Below, one piece after another: positions 17,854 through 25,941 of a DNA stretch of 46,204 nt. A program made the translations under genes and the position numbers. The notes below the pieces were generated by a model. It was not told the DNA's origin, did not search any database, and saw nothing but the letters and a program-made list of their open reading frames with translations. Origin of the DNA: a virus (lineage: Duplodnaviria > Caudoviricetes); IMG/VR virus record IMGVR_UViG_3300017700_000376, positions 1 through 46,204 of that record; one strand, written 5' to 3'. Positions within the stretch are counted from its first letter, which is position 1. Every line of letters begins with the position of its first letter.

Positions 17854-18247
17854 CAGGCTGGCGAGGCCGCTGGACGCGTTCGCCCTGGCTTGGCTATGTC
17901 GCCCTATCCGAGGCCATCGACCGCGCTGTGAGGCCGGTTTCTGCCTCGCCTGCGCATGAGCTAGGTGCAAACCAAGATGTGATCTTAGGGAACGTCGTGG
18001 ACTTGGTGACGGAACGGCCGCTTTGGCCAGTCCACCACCCACCAACACTCATTGTACATTTTGTTTATACTCACCCTGAGCATAAAGCATCACCGTCGCA
18101 GAGCGGACATGGGGAAACCCGTAGGGTTTTCCCCATGGTCGCGACAACTGCAAAGGTGGGGAGATACGATGGGGTATCATAGTACCCCACGACCGGGCCG
18201 CCGCGCGCCCAAACCGAACACATCGCATTTTTGTCACTGAGGGGTGT

Positions 18248-18275
18248 TGACAGGGCGCAACGCGACGCCCATATT
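18248..18275 (+). promoter_or_regulatory. Rightward early promoter TTGACA-N17-CATATT
   Basis: Consensus -35 with a 17-bp spacer, upstream of the first plus-strand gene. Confidence 0.7.
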
Positions 18276-18305
18276 GGCGTTGTTAACAGATTGGAGATTA
18301 GCCAA

Positions 18306-18455
18306 ATGACCACGTTTACAGAGCTTGCACGCGCTATCGTATTCGAGTGCAGCTATCAGACTTGGAAGCGCAGCGCACATGACGCCAGCGTTAAAGCGAC
18401 GTTCAATGACAAGGATGCGCGCGGCTGGATGGCCAAGGTGTGCGGCTGGCGCTAA
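18306..18455 (+). CDS. Hypothetical early protein (49 aa)
   Basis: SD GGAG, ATG 18306. Confidence 0.6.
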   Translation: MTTFTELARAIVFECSYQTWKRSAHDASVKATFNDKDARGWMAKVCGWR

Positions 18456-18482
18456 ACGTCAAATAACAGAAAGGTTAGGGCC

Positions 18483-18914
18483 ATGGCCAAGCAAGTCACA
18501 GTGAACAAAGACCGGCGGCTTTATGTGATCCCGTCCGGCACCGGCTATTCGTGCCTTGGTTTCGACAACGCGGAGCGTCAGCGCGTCGCGGTGTTGAAGT
18601 GGGCCGGCGCGTCCATTGAGCCGGTGAAAATCGGCACTTTGGACGCGTACAACGCGTACCACGATGCAATGATGACGGGCTTTGCGCACCACGACGCCAC
18701 AAAGAAGCGGTGCGACATCGAGTTGACGCCTCAGCTTGTCGGCCTTGAGGGCAAGCGCGTGGAGGTGGTGGACTGCGACGGCGAAAAGCGTCGCTTTTAC
18801 GTGGGGCGGTCGACGGGCTGGATGCCCCGCCATCTGGAGATCGCCCAGCGCAACAGTTCAGGCGGTTGCGGCGTCTATGGAGCGCCATTCAAATCTGTCC
18901 GCGTCGTGTACTGA
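18483..18914 (+). CDS. Hypothetical early protein (143 aa)
   Basis: Protein-like composition, AACAGAAAGG leader. Confidence 0.8.
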   Translation: MAKQVTVNKDRRLYVIPSGTGYSCLGFDNAERQRVAVLKWAGASIEPVKIGTLDAYNAYHDAMMTGFAHHDATKKRCDIELTPQLVGLEGKRVEVVDCDGEKRRFYVGRSTGWMPRHLEIAQRNSSGGCGVYGAPFKSVRVVY

Positions 18915-18988
18915 CACTGAACACTAGGCGCCCGCCGCGACAGGGGGCCTAGAATTGAGTGCCAGTGTTCAACAGAGAGGGAAAGACC

Positions 18989-19261
18989 ATGCTGTACCGC
19001 ATCACACACCGAAAAGGACCCGCGCTAGCGCCCGTCGTTGTAGAAAAGGCCCGTGTAGACGCCGCGTGCCTCGCGGGCGCCCGTGCGGTTTACGCGGCCG
19101 CCGACGCGCAATCTTTGCGAGACAGACCCGTCGCGCACGCTGCGGTGCGCGACGCCAAGGCGTTCGGCGGCCGGGGCTGTCTGACAAACATTCGTGTAGG
19201 ATACCACACCATCACTATAGAAGACGTGACCTTGACGCATGGGCGCGGCCACCCTTGGTAG
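18989..19261 (+). CDS. Hypothetical early protein
   Basis: AACAGAGAGGGAAAGACC-ATG. Confidence 0.7.
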   Translation: MLYRITHRKGPALAPVVVEKARVDAACLAGARAVYAAADAQSLRDRPVAHAAVRDAKAFGGRGCLTNIRVGYHTITIEDVTLTHGRGHPW

Positions 19262-19352
19262 CGCGGCAAGCTCTGACCTTTGCGCCCGCTGTGTACGTGG
19301 CGGGCGACTAGGCCAGCGCATTGCTGGATCTGCAACAGAGAGGAACCGACAC

Positions 19353-19736
19353 ATGACCAAGATCGACGAAAAGTTTGTCGCCGCCGTCAAGCGCATGGAA
19401 GCCCGCACGTCACGCGTCAAGGCGTTCGTGGTGGTCCCGAATATCGGGAGTGCCAAGGTCACGGCGTACGGCCGTATCGTGATCAGCTATCCGGCGGACG
19501 GTGCCGGGCGTCTGTATGCCATCGCGTGGCTGCCTGGGGCGCCCGGTGCGCAAGGCGACCTGATACGCCACCATGGCCACGCTGGCGGCGGCGGCTACGA
19601 CAAGGCCACGGCCGCAATGGGTGGTGCGACATACTTCGACATGATGACAGGCAGCATGCGCGCGCTCGTCGACCAGGGTCACGACTTTCGGCGTCAGTTG
19701 GAAGCGGCCGGCTACACGGTCGTTCAGGCTGTCTAG
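19353..19736 (+). CDS. Hypothetical early protein (AGGGGYDK motif)
   Basis: AACAGAGAGGAACC leader. G-x-GYDK motif seen in other phage early proteins. Confidence 0.75.
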   Translation: MTKIDEKFVAAVKRMEARTSRVKAFVVVPNIGSAKVTAYGRIVISYPADGAGRLYAIAWLPGAPGAQGDLIRHHGHAGGGGYDKATAAMGGATYFDMMTGSMRALVDQGHDFRRQLEAAGYTVVQAV

Positions 19737-19823
19737 GATGCCCTGACCTTCACTGCCTCGCGGCCGGTGTGTCGCGAGGCAGGACAGGCCAGCGCATCCC
19801 GCGACTGGATCGAGAGGAACACA

Positions 19824-19970
19824 ATGGACCTTAACAGAGCAAACGGCCGACTTGCGGCCCTGACCGGAAAAGCGCGCATCACCGGATTGGCTGGCGCCGC
19901 TAGAGTGGCGTGGCTGGCCGGTTGGGATAGCGTACCGGCGGACCGTCGCGGCGCGCATCGCGGCGCGTGA
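19824..19970 (+). CDS. Hypothetical early protein (48 aa, AWLAGWD)
   Basis: GAGAGGAAC leader. G..AALTGK..AWLAGW weakly resembles ribosome modulation factor-like phage proteins. Confidence 0.6.
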   Translation: MDLNRANGRLAALTGKARITGLAGAARVAWLAGWDSVPADRRGAHRGA

Positions 19971-19971
19971 C

Positions 19972-20331
19972 GTGCGCTTCGCCCTGCTAGACCGCGAGAA
20001 CGTCGCGCCACCACGTCGCTTTGCCACAAAGGCAGCGGCCGGCGCGGCCCTCCTGGCGATCGCCGTCAAGCGATACGTCGTGAAGAGAAAACCTTTGCCC
20101 TCGCTGGTCTACGAAAACGCGGGCAAACGCATCATCCCGTTCGGGCTGTACGTCCATCGTGAAGGGCGCGGCCTTGAGCTTGTCGGCTCGTTCTACGCGC
20201 GCAACCGCGAGATAGCGTTGAAGTATCTCCTGGCCGCAGCGGCGGGCCGGGACTGGCCGGACACACCGGCCGCCATGTTCCATGTCGTCGAATTGACGGC
20301 AGCGGAACAACGCCGCTACAATGCTGCGTAA
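19972..20331 (+). CDS. Hypothetical early protein
   Basis: 119-aa ORF filling the operon. Start uncertain. Confidence 0.55.
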   Translation: MRFALLDRENVAPPRRFATKAAAGAALLAIAVKRYVVKRKPLPSLVYENAGKRIIPFGLYVHREGRGLELVGSFYARNREIALKYLLAAAAGRDWPDTPAAMFHVVELTAAEQRRYNAA

Positions 20332-20333
20332 CA
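20293..20333 (+). promoter_or_regulatory. Promoter TTGACG-N18-TACAAT followed by GCGTAACA
   Basis: -35 at 20293-98, -10 at 20317-22, motif at 20326-33. Confidence 0.7.
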
Positions 20334-20349
20334 CAGAGGAAGGAAAACC

Positions 20350-20529
20350 ATGATTGACGGAACGTTGAAGTTAGTCGGCGGCGTGTTGATAGCGTTCGGC
20401 GTCGTGTTCTGTTTCACAACGGCCATGCTGGCGGTGTGGTTTGGCGTCTGTGGCACCGGGGCTTTCTGGTGGTGGGTGTTCAGTCCCGGCAGCCTAGGCG
20501 TGGCGTTCGTGAAATCGTGTGCGCTCTAA
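20350..20529 (+). CDS. Small membrane protein (59 aa, not in the ORF track)
   Basis: MIDGTLKLVGGVLIAFGVVFCFTTAMLAVWFGVCGTGAFWWWVFSPGSLGVAFVKSCAL, strong RBS. Confidence 0.7.
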   Translation: MIDGTLKLVGGVLIAFGVVFCFTTAMLAVWFGVCGTGAFWWWVFSPGSLGVAFVKSCAL

Positions 20530-20547
20530 CAGAGAGGAAGGAAAACC

Positions 20548-20748
20548 ATGCCGAGGCCGGAACAGATCGAACAGGCTAAGACGCCGCTTATCAAGGTGCT
20601 AGAAGCTGCGAACGCAGCGGGCGTGCGTCTCGACAAGTTCGAGAACAACCACCGCAACATCGGTATCAGTGCCGGCATGGCGCTGGCTATCGAACTGCTG
20701 AAGCGCGGCGTGCGTTTTGACGGACAGGAGGAAACTCCCAATGGCTAA
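20548..20748 (+). CDS. Hypothetical protein
   Basis: GAGAGGAAGGAAAACC-ATG. Confidence 0.7.
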   Translation: MPRPEQIEQAKTPLIKVLEAANAAGVRLDKFENNHRNIGISAGMALAIELLKRGVRFDGQEETPNG

Positions 20749-20944
20749 ATACTACGCGCAGTACGCCAACGGCTACACGGTGTTTGTCCGCACCGACGCG
20801 GAGTACAATGCGTTGTGGCTGCACAAGCGCAAGCCGAATAAAGTCGGCGCGTTGCGCAACGCCGGCCCCGTCACAGTTAGCCGGTTCATCCATCGCAACC
20901 TCAAGGCCGCCGACCCCAAGAAAATCATGGAGGTGTTCCAATGA
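20741..20944 (+). CDS. Hypothetical protein
   Basis: SD AGGAGG, ATG 20741. Confidence 0.7.
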   Translation: MAKYYAQYANGYTVFVRTDAEYNALWLHKRKPNKVGALRNAGPVTVSRFIHRNLKAADPKKIMEVFQ

Positions 20945-21243
20945 GCGACCGCTACACAGTATCCGAAAACCCTTTCGGCTTCGAGGACGAAGTAGGCACG
21001 GCGCGCTTGCGTTACGCGCTGACCGACAACCGCCCGACGCATGTCAGCGTCCACAAGGCGCGCGACCGTGAGCATGTGCTAGTGCCTAACAAACCGAACG
21101 ATCCTAACGCACTGTACGTGCACGCGCCGTTCCGGCATCTGTGCTACGGGCCGCATAAGGAAGACCTGCAGACCCTGGCCGACGCGATGAACGTCGCTTT
21201 TCGGATGGATCTCGACGAGAAGGAGCGCAGCCATGGCCTATAG
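20941..21243 (+). CDS. Hypothetical protein
   Basis: SD GGAGGT, ATGA overlap. Confidence 0.7.
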   Translation: MSDRYTVSENPFGFEDEVGTARLRYALTDNRPTHVSVHKARDREHVLVPNKPNDPNALYVHAPFRHLCYGPHKEDLQTLADAMNVAFRMDLDEKERSHGL

Positions 21244-21439
21244 CAAGTCGCCGCGGCCGTATCGCCGCTACAGCGTGCGGATGCTCGACGGCGCGCTGTA
21301 CGAAGTGCGGGCACACGACGCGGAACACGCAAAAACGCTGGCCGACCGCAGATATCGGCGGGACATGGCGTTCCCTCGCGCGACGAAAACTCGTGTGTCA
21401 GATGTTTATGAAGGGACGGTGCGTCGTGCCACATCCTAA
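21233..21439 (+). CDS. Hypothetical basic protein
   Basis: SD AAGGAG. Confidence 0.6.
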   Translation: MAYSKSPRPYRRYSVRMLDGALYEVRAHDAEHAKTLADRRYRRDMAFPRATKTRVSDVYEGTVRRATS

Positions 21440-21638
21440 ACCCTGGCCGATCAGCGAAAGCGAATACGTCATGAGCTTAGATACGGCTCGACTTGCCGCG
21501 TATTACGCCTCTACATCTTCATGGCAGGCGTGGGCGGCGCAGGCCACTATCGAAAACCACAACGTGGCAGTTACGGCCCTTGACGAACTGCGTGACGTGG
21601 CGGAACGCTACTACACAGCTGCGGGGTTCAGGTCATGA
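21426..21638 (+). CDS. Hypothetical protein
   Basis: Fills the operon. Start (GTG 21426) uncertain. Confidence 0.5.
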   Translation: MPHPKPWPISESEYVMSLDTARLAAYYASTSSWQAWAAQATIENHNVAVTALDELRDVAERYYTAAGFRS

Positions 21639-21853
21639 ACAAGACACGTAGGCGGAAGGCGCGAGCGCGTCGACAAGAGGAGAAGACCCGGCGGCAACGG
21701 CGTGCAGTCTTGAAAGCGGCGACGTTTCCGTATCGATTTGGCACCGCAGAACTGCTGGTGCTAGGCGTCGACCCCGGCGCCACACCCGCCGCGCACGTCG
21801 TTTTGATGCATCATTCGGACGGTCGATTGGAGATCATCCAATCTGACGCTTGA
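21635..21853 (+). CDS. Small protein with an N-terminal arginine-rich motif
   Basis: MNKTRRRKARARRQEEKTRRQRR, ATGA overlap. Confidence 0.6.
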   Translation: MNKTRRRKARARRQEEKTRRQRRAVLKAATFPYRFGTAELLVLGVDPGATPAAHVVLMHHSDGRLEIIQSDA

Positions 21854-21879
21854 CGCCTTCCATCGTGTGTGCGTAACAT
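21850..21879 (+). promoter_or_regulatory. Promoter TTGACG-N18-TAACAT containing GCGTAACA
   Basis: -35 overlaps the upstream TGA, motif at 21871-78. Confidence 0.7.
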
Positions 21880-21911
21880 CTGCGCGCACACGAAATCACG
21901 GAAGGAAGACC

Positions 21912-23150
21912 ATGCTCCCCTACTCGCAGATCTTTACGATGATGGCCGCCCACAAGGCGGCCATTTTGGCTGAAGGCGTACGCCAGGCGCAGATGCTGGC
22001 GCCTGGCGCGCTACCCACCCTGGACATGATGAAGGGCGCGTGCGTCGGCTATGCGCGCGAGATCGGGAAACAGTGGCTGCTGCCGGGCGCGATCGAGACG
22101 CTGCAGGGCGCGGTGGCGACCTACCAGACGCAGATGGGTCCGCGACCGGCCACGCCGATTTCTGCTGGCGACCCCGACAGCATCGCGTGGCGCGACGCCT
22201 TCGACGAGCACATCATGGACGTGATTGGCAAGGACATGCTGCGCGACATCGGCCAGGACTTCATCGGCGAGTGGCTGACCGACAGCGAGATCGACAACCC
22301 CGATACGCTGACGCGCGCTGCGCAGGTGATGACCGACCGGCTCCTGGACGCCGCCGTGCGCGGCCGTGCGAACGGGGCGCTCCTCGCCGAAATGGACATC
22401 ACCATGACGGACCTGGCGCCCTACGGCACGCCGCCGTCCGCCGACCAGGTGAAGGCCGCTGCGATCGAGGCCAAGCCGATCGACGAGGCTGTCGCCCGTG
22501 GCCATGTCGAGCGCATCGTCGGTGCCTACGGCATCAAGCTCGGCGCCGCCAACTTCGACATGGTCGCCGTGACCGAACTGCTGAAGTCGGCCTTCGACGA
22601 CGAGGAGTTCCTGGCGCTCGGCTACATCGAGACGATGGGCGGCAAGCGCGAGGACTGGCCGTACTTCGCGGCCTATGCCAAGGCGTCGCCGACGCACATC
22701 GACGATACGGTCAACGCGGCCTTCATGGCGGCGATCACCGGCCAGGTCGTCGAGATGCCGAAGGGTGCGCCGAAGCCACCCAAGGAAAAGAAGCTCACCA
22801 AGAAGGAACTGGCGCTGCTGGCAAAGGGCGAGGCCGCTTTGAAGCCACCGCCGCTTGTAGTGGCGGAAGGCACCGTCTCGCCACCTGTAGTTCTAGCGCC
22901 CGGCACGGTGGCAAAGGCTTCGGAAGCCGCCGACCTGCGGCGCGTCATCGAACTGATGCGCGAGCACGGTTCGGATGGTGAGGAGGCGCTGGGAAAAGTG
23001 CTGGGCGTCAGCCGCGGTACGGTGAACAACATCGTCAAGAAGGGCAAGGCGTGGGTGCCGACGCTGGAGGTACAACAGGCGGTGATCGACCTGTTGGACA
23101 GCCGCATCAAGGGCCTGCAAGAAGCCCGAGACATGCTGACGCCGTTTTAA
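21912..23150 (+). CDS. Large protein with a C-terminal XRE-like HTH (putative regulator)
   Basis: EEALGKVLGVSRGTVNNIVKKG after a Lys/Pro linker. ATG 21912 with GGAAGGAAG. Confidence 0.7.
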   Translation: MLPYSQIFTMMAAHKAAILAEGVRQAQMLAPGALPTLDMMKGACVGYAREIGKQWLLPGAIETLQGAVATYQTQMGPRPATPISAGDPDSIAWRDAFDEHIMDVIGKDMLRDIGQDFIGEWLTDSEIDNPDTLTRAAQVMTDRLLDAAVRGRANGALLAEMDITMTDLAPYGTPPSADQVKAAAIEAKPIDEAVARGHVERIVGAYGIKLGAANFDMVAVTELLKSAFDDEEFLALGYIETMGGKREDWPYFAAYAKASPTHIDDTVNAAFMAAITGQVVEMPKGAPKPPKEKKLTKKELALLAKGEAALKPPPLVVAEGTVSPPVVLAPGTVAKASEAADLRRVIELMREHGSDGEEALGKVLGVSRGTVNNIVKKGKAWVPTLEVQQAVIDLLDSRIKGLQEARDMLTPF

Positions 23151-23179
23151 CGGGCGGCTCGTTGTTGCGTCGTGCGCTG

Positions 23180-23431
23180 ATGGCCTCGGGCGTGCCGCCT
23201 GACGTGTTCGCCCGAGAGATCGGCATGACGACCAAAGACCTGCTATGGCTGGCCGCCAAGGACAGCCGCAAGATGGAAGGCGACGTCACCCGCATGTGGA
23301 CGTTGCTGATGGATCTGCTGAACAGGAAGATGGGCGAGATCATGGAATTGCGGATCGAGATCGAGAAGCGCGAGGCCAGGGCACGCGAACGCCTCGTGGC
23401 TCGCCGTATGCAACAGGAGCAACGTCGATGA
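23180..23431 (+). CDS. Hypothetical protein (possible HTH plus coiled coil)
   Basis: PDVFAREIGMTTKDL. Start uncertain. Confidence 0.55.
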   Translation: MASGVPPDVFAREIGMTTKDLLWLAAKDSRKMEGDVTRMWTLLMDLLNRKMGEIMELRIEIEKREARARERLVARRMQQEQRR

Positions 23432-23793
23432 CTGAACGTCCTGTGACGCCGCAACAAGTTGCCCGTATGAAAGCGCGCATAGCCGAACTAGAAAAACTCG
23501 TTAACACGCCGGCGATCGACGACTGGTTTAACGGTGTGCGAATGGAGGCGGCGCACCAACAAGAACGTTGGGGGTCAAAACACGACGCAGGTAAGGACGC
23601 CACCGATTGGTTTTGGTTGCTCGGATACCTAGCAGGTAAGGCCCTGGCCGCCGCGGTGTCTGGCGATCGAGATAAAGCAAAACACCACACAATTTCTAGC
23701 GCCGCCGCGTTATTTAACTGGTGGCGAGCGCTCAACGGCGACACCGAGGCGAAGATGCGGCCAGGTATCAAGGAGCCATCAGATGGCCGATAA
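23428..23793 (+). CDS. Hypothetical protein, distantly MazG/all-alpha NTP-PPase-like
   Basis: EAAHQQERWG..H..DWFWLLG..SAAALFNW pattern, but the acidic catalytic residues are not evident. Confidence 0.5.
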   Translation: MTERPVTPQQVARMKARIAELEKLVNTPAIDDWFNGVRMEAAHQQERWGSKHDAGKDATDWFWLLGYLAGKALAAAVSGDRDKAKHHTISSAAALFNWWRALNGDTEAKMRPGIKEPSDGR

Positions 23794-23959
23794 GCCAACA
23801 GATACGCAGCGGGTTATAGACGCCCTCCGTTTGGTCGATAAAGGCTTTCGGACAAATCGTCTGAAGGACGTTTCGATCATTGTCGGCAACGACGTCAAAG
23901 CGTTGAGTGCCATCGTGGCAGACGCGTTGAAGTCTGAAGGCACGGCCAATGGCCGGTGA
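23783..23959 (+). CDS. Hypothetical protein (58 aa, not in the ORF track)
   Basis: SD AAGGAG, MADKPTDTQRVIDALRLVDKG... Confidence 0.55.
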   Translation: MADKPTDTQRVIDALRLVDKGFRTNRLKDVSIIVGNDVKALSAIVADALKSEGTANGR

Positions 23960-24236
23960 CTTCATCAAGGGCAACCTCGCCCGCCAGCGCACGCCCAAGG
24001 TCGGCGAGTTCGCGACGTGGGACATCCAAGCCAAGGTCGACGGCGGCCTGCACGGCGGCTTCAAGGACTGGCCGGCGAACATACAGGACGGCGTGATGCG
24101 CGCCGTCGCCGAGTGCGAGCCGAAGCCCGGCTACAGCGTGCGGATCGTGTCGAGCGGCTGTTACAAGGACGGGCCGGGCGAGCCGTTCTACATCCGCGTC
24201 GTCGTTCAGGAATTTCCACCGGAAGTGAGGCACTGA
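23949..24236 (+). CDS. Hypothetical protein
   Basis: 95 aa with phage-typical codon usage. Confidence 0.7.
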   Translation: MAGDFIKGNLARQRTPKVGEFATWDIQAKVDGGLHGGFKDWPANIQDGVMRAVAECEPKPGYSVRIVSSGCYKDGPGEPFYIRVVVQEFPPEVRH

Positions 24237-24337
24237 TGGAGCCCGTCGACTGGATGTTCGCGAGATGGACGGTCGCGATCGGCGCTGCGTTCTCTGTCGG
24301 GTACTGGCTGGCGTTGTGGGCTAACGGATGCTCCTGA
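24236..24337 (+). CDS. Small membrane peptide (33 aa)
   Basis: TGATG coupling, SD GAGG, hydrophobic. Confidence 0.5.
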   Translation: MEPVDWMFARWTVAIGAAFSVGYWLALWANGCS

Positions 24338-24915
24338 TAGCCGGTATCGACCCCGGCGCCACTGGCGCCATCGCGGTCTACGACTTCGAGGCCGACAAGC
24401 TCGTTTCGATATGGGACCTGCCGAACTACAAGGTCGCAGTCGGCAAGACGATGCGCACGCGCCTCGACATCGACGACCTGTTCGCGCAGTTCGAGACGTT
24501 GAAGATGATGGGCGTGCGACTGATCGGCATCGAGAACGTGCAGGCTGGCGTGTTCGGCAGCGGGCGCAAGCAAGGCGCCAGTAGCGCGTTCTCGTTCGGC
24601 TACACGTTCGGCTTGTTGACCATGGCGGCCAGGGGCACGGGCATTCCCTACGACGTGGCCTCGCCGGCGGTGTGGAAGCTGCAGGAGAAGGTGCCGCGGC
24701 ACGAGGTCGGCATCGTCGGAAAGGCCGACAAGGAGTTCCCCGAGCACCGCGACCTGTTCCGCACCACGCGCGGCCGGCTGCTGCACGATCGAGCCGAAGC
24801 GGCGTTCCTGGCGCGCTATTTCGCCCGCATCAAATGGCCGGCAATGCAGCCGCGCGAGAGCCTGCGCAAGCTGGCGGCCGGTTTACCGAAGACGAAACGA
24901 GGGAGAAAGTCGTGA
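24328..24915 (+). CDS. RuvC-like Holliday junction resolvase
   Basis: IAGIDPGATG, IGIENV, SAFSFG, SPAVWK and DRAEAAFLA motifs. Confidence 0.88.
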   Translation: MLLIAGIDPGATGAIAVYDFEADKLVSIWDLPNYKVAVGKTMRTRLDIDDLFAQFETLKMMGVRLIGIENVQAGVFGSGRKQGASSAFSFGYTFGLLTMAARGTGIPYDVASPAVWKLQEKVPRHEVGIVGKADKEFPEHRDLFRTTRGRLLHDRAEAAFLARYFARIKWPAMQPRESLRKLAAGLPKTKRGRKS

Positions 24916-25205
24916 ACCCACCGCTTATCAAGATAGAGATCGAGGGCATGCGGCAGATCGTCATGCACGCCATGTCAGAGCGTTTCGCTGCGATGGACGC
25001 AGAGGTTCAGGCGGCACTCGACAGCGCCTGTAAAAATTTCGATTACCAAGGAGAGACGGTCCGCATTGCGAACGATTGTATTCGACGAGCAATTGACGAG
25101 GCGGTGCGGGCGCAGTTCAGTTACGGCGGCGCCGGGTACGAAGCCGTGCAGGCCGTCGCTAAAACACTGGCAGAAAACGCGCTCAAAAAGGTCGCCAAGC
25201 GATGA
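24912..25205 (+). CDS. Hypothetical protein
   Basis: GTGA overlap, SD GGAG. Confidence 0.65.
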   Translation: MNPPLIKIEIEGMRQIVMHAMSERFAAMDAEVQAALDSACKNFDYQGETVRIANDCIRRAIDEAVRAQFSYGGAGYEAVQAVAKTLAENALKKVAKR

Positions 25206-25351
25206 TCGTTCTTGCAGCCGCATTGATTGTCGTCGGCGTGCTGTTGTTTGGCATGTCGATGCTGATGGGCCTCGAAACGTCGTGGGTGTGGCGCTTGGCG
25301 CTGGCCGCGGCGTTCGTCGGGATCGTGATGGTTGGGGTGAACGGACGATGA
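25202..25351 (+). CDS. Small two-helix membrane protein (49 aa, not in the ORF track)
   Basis: MIVLAAALIVVGVLLFGMSMLMGLETSWVWRLALAAAFVGIVMVGVNGR, ATGA overlaps at both ends. Confidence 0.65.
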   Translation: MIVLAAALIVVGVLLFGMSMLMGLETSWVWRLALAAAFVGIVMVGVNGR

Positions 25352-25941
25352 CACACGTCATCTTGCTCAACGGTCCGGCCGGCGTCGGCAAAGACACCGC
25401 CGCCGACGCGATGGTCGCGAAGTGGCCCGCGTGGAAGGCGTCGAAGATTTCGCGTGGCATCAAGTTGATGGCGCTCGACGCCTACAATGTGCCTCGCGAA
25501 CAACTCGAGTTTTACGATCAGCCGGCCATCAAGGACGTGCCGTGCATGGAGTTCGACGGCGAGAGCTTCCGCAACGTCGTCATCGAGATCGGGCAGCAAG
25601 AGCGCATGCGCGACCCTTACACCGTGGCCAAGGCATGGGCCGAAGACCTGAAGCCGACGCTGCAGTTCGGCTACCCGGCCGTCGTCGTGTCGGACTGCCG
25701 CTTTATCGAGGAGTTCATCGTCGCCTGCGATCTCGTCGGCGGCTCGAACGTCTATCTGATGCGGATCATGCGACCCGGTCACGACTGGACGAACGACATC
25801 GGCAGCTATTTCCCGTTGGACGCGGTGTTCGGCAACGGCGAAGTGACGGTGCTGAACGACACGGACGAAGACTACTTCAAGCTCGAAACCACGGTGTTTG
25901 CCCACGGGTTCGTGGCGCGGCGCCAGCCGAAGAAGTCCTGA
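25348..25941 (+). CDS. Deoxynucleoside monophosphate kinase
   Basis: P-loop LNGPAGVGKDT and VVVSDCRF. Confidence 0.82.
   Translation: MTHVILLNGPAGVGKDTAADAMVAKWPAWKASKISRGIKLMALDAYNVPREQLEFYDQPAIKDVPCMEFDGESFRNVVIEIGQQERMRDPYTVAKAWAEDLKPTLQFGYPAVVVSDCRFIEEFIVACDLVGGSNVYLMRIMRPGHDWTNDIGSYFPLDAVFGNGEVTVLNDTDEDYFKLETTVFAHGFVARRQPKKS

Noticed and set aside
16478-21878. Repeated motifs as a CRISPR-like array
   Set aside because: Spacing is irregular, copies lie on both strands, and they are separated by whole genes
23140-23180. Programmed -1 frameshift joining the HTH protein to the next ORF at CCG TTT TAA
   Set aside because: No canonical slippery heptamer, and an in-frame ATG exists at 23180
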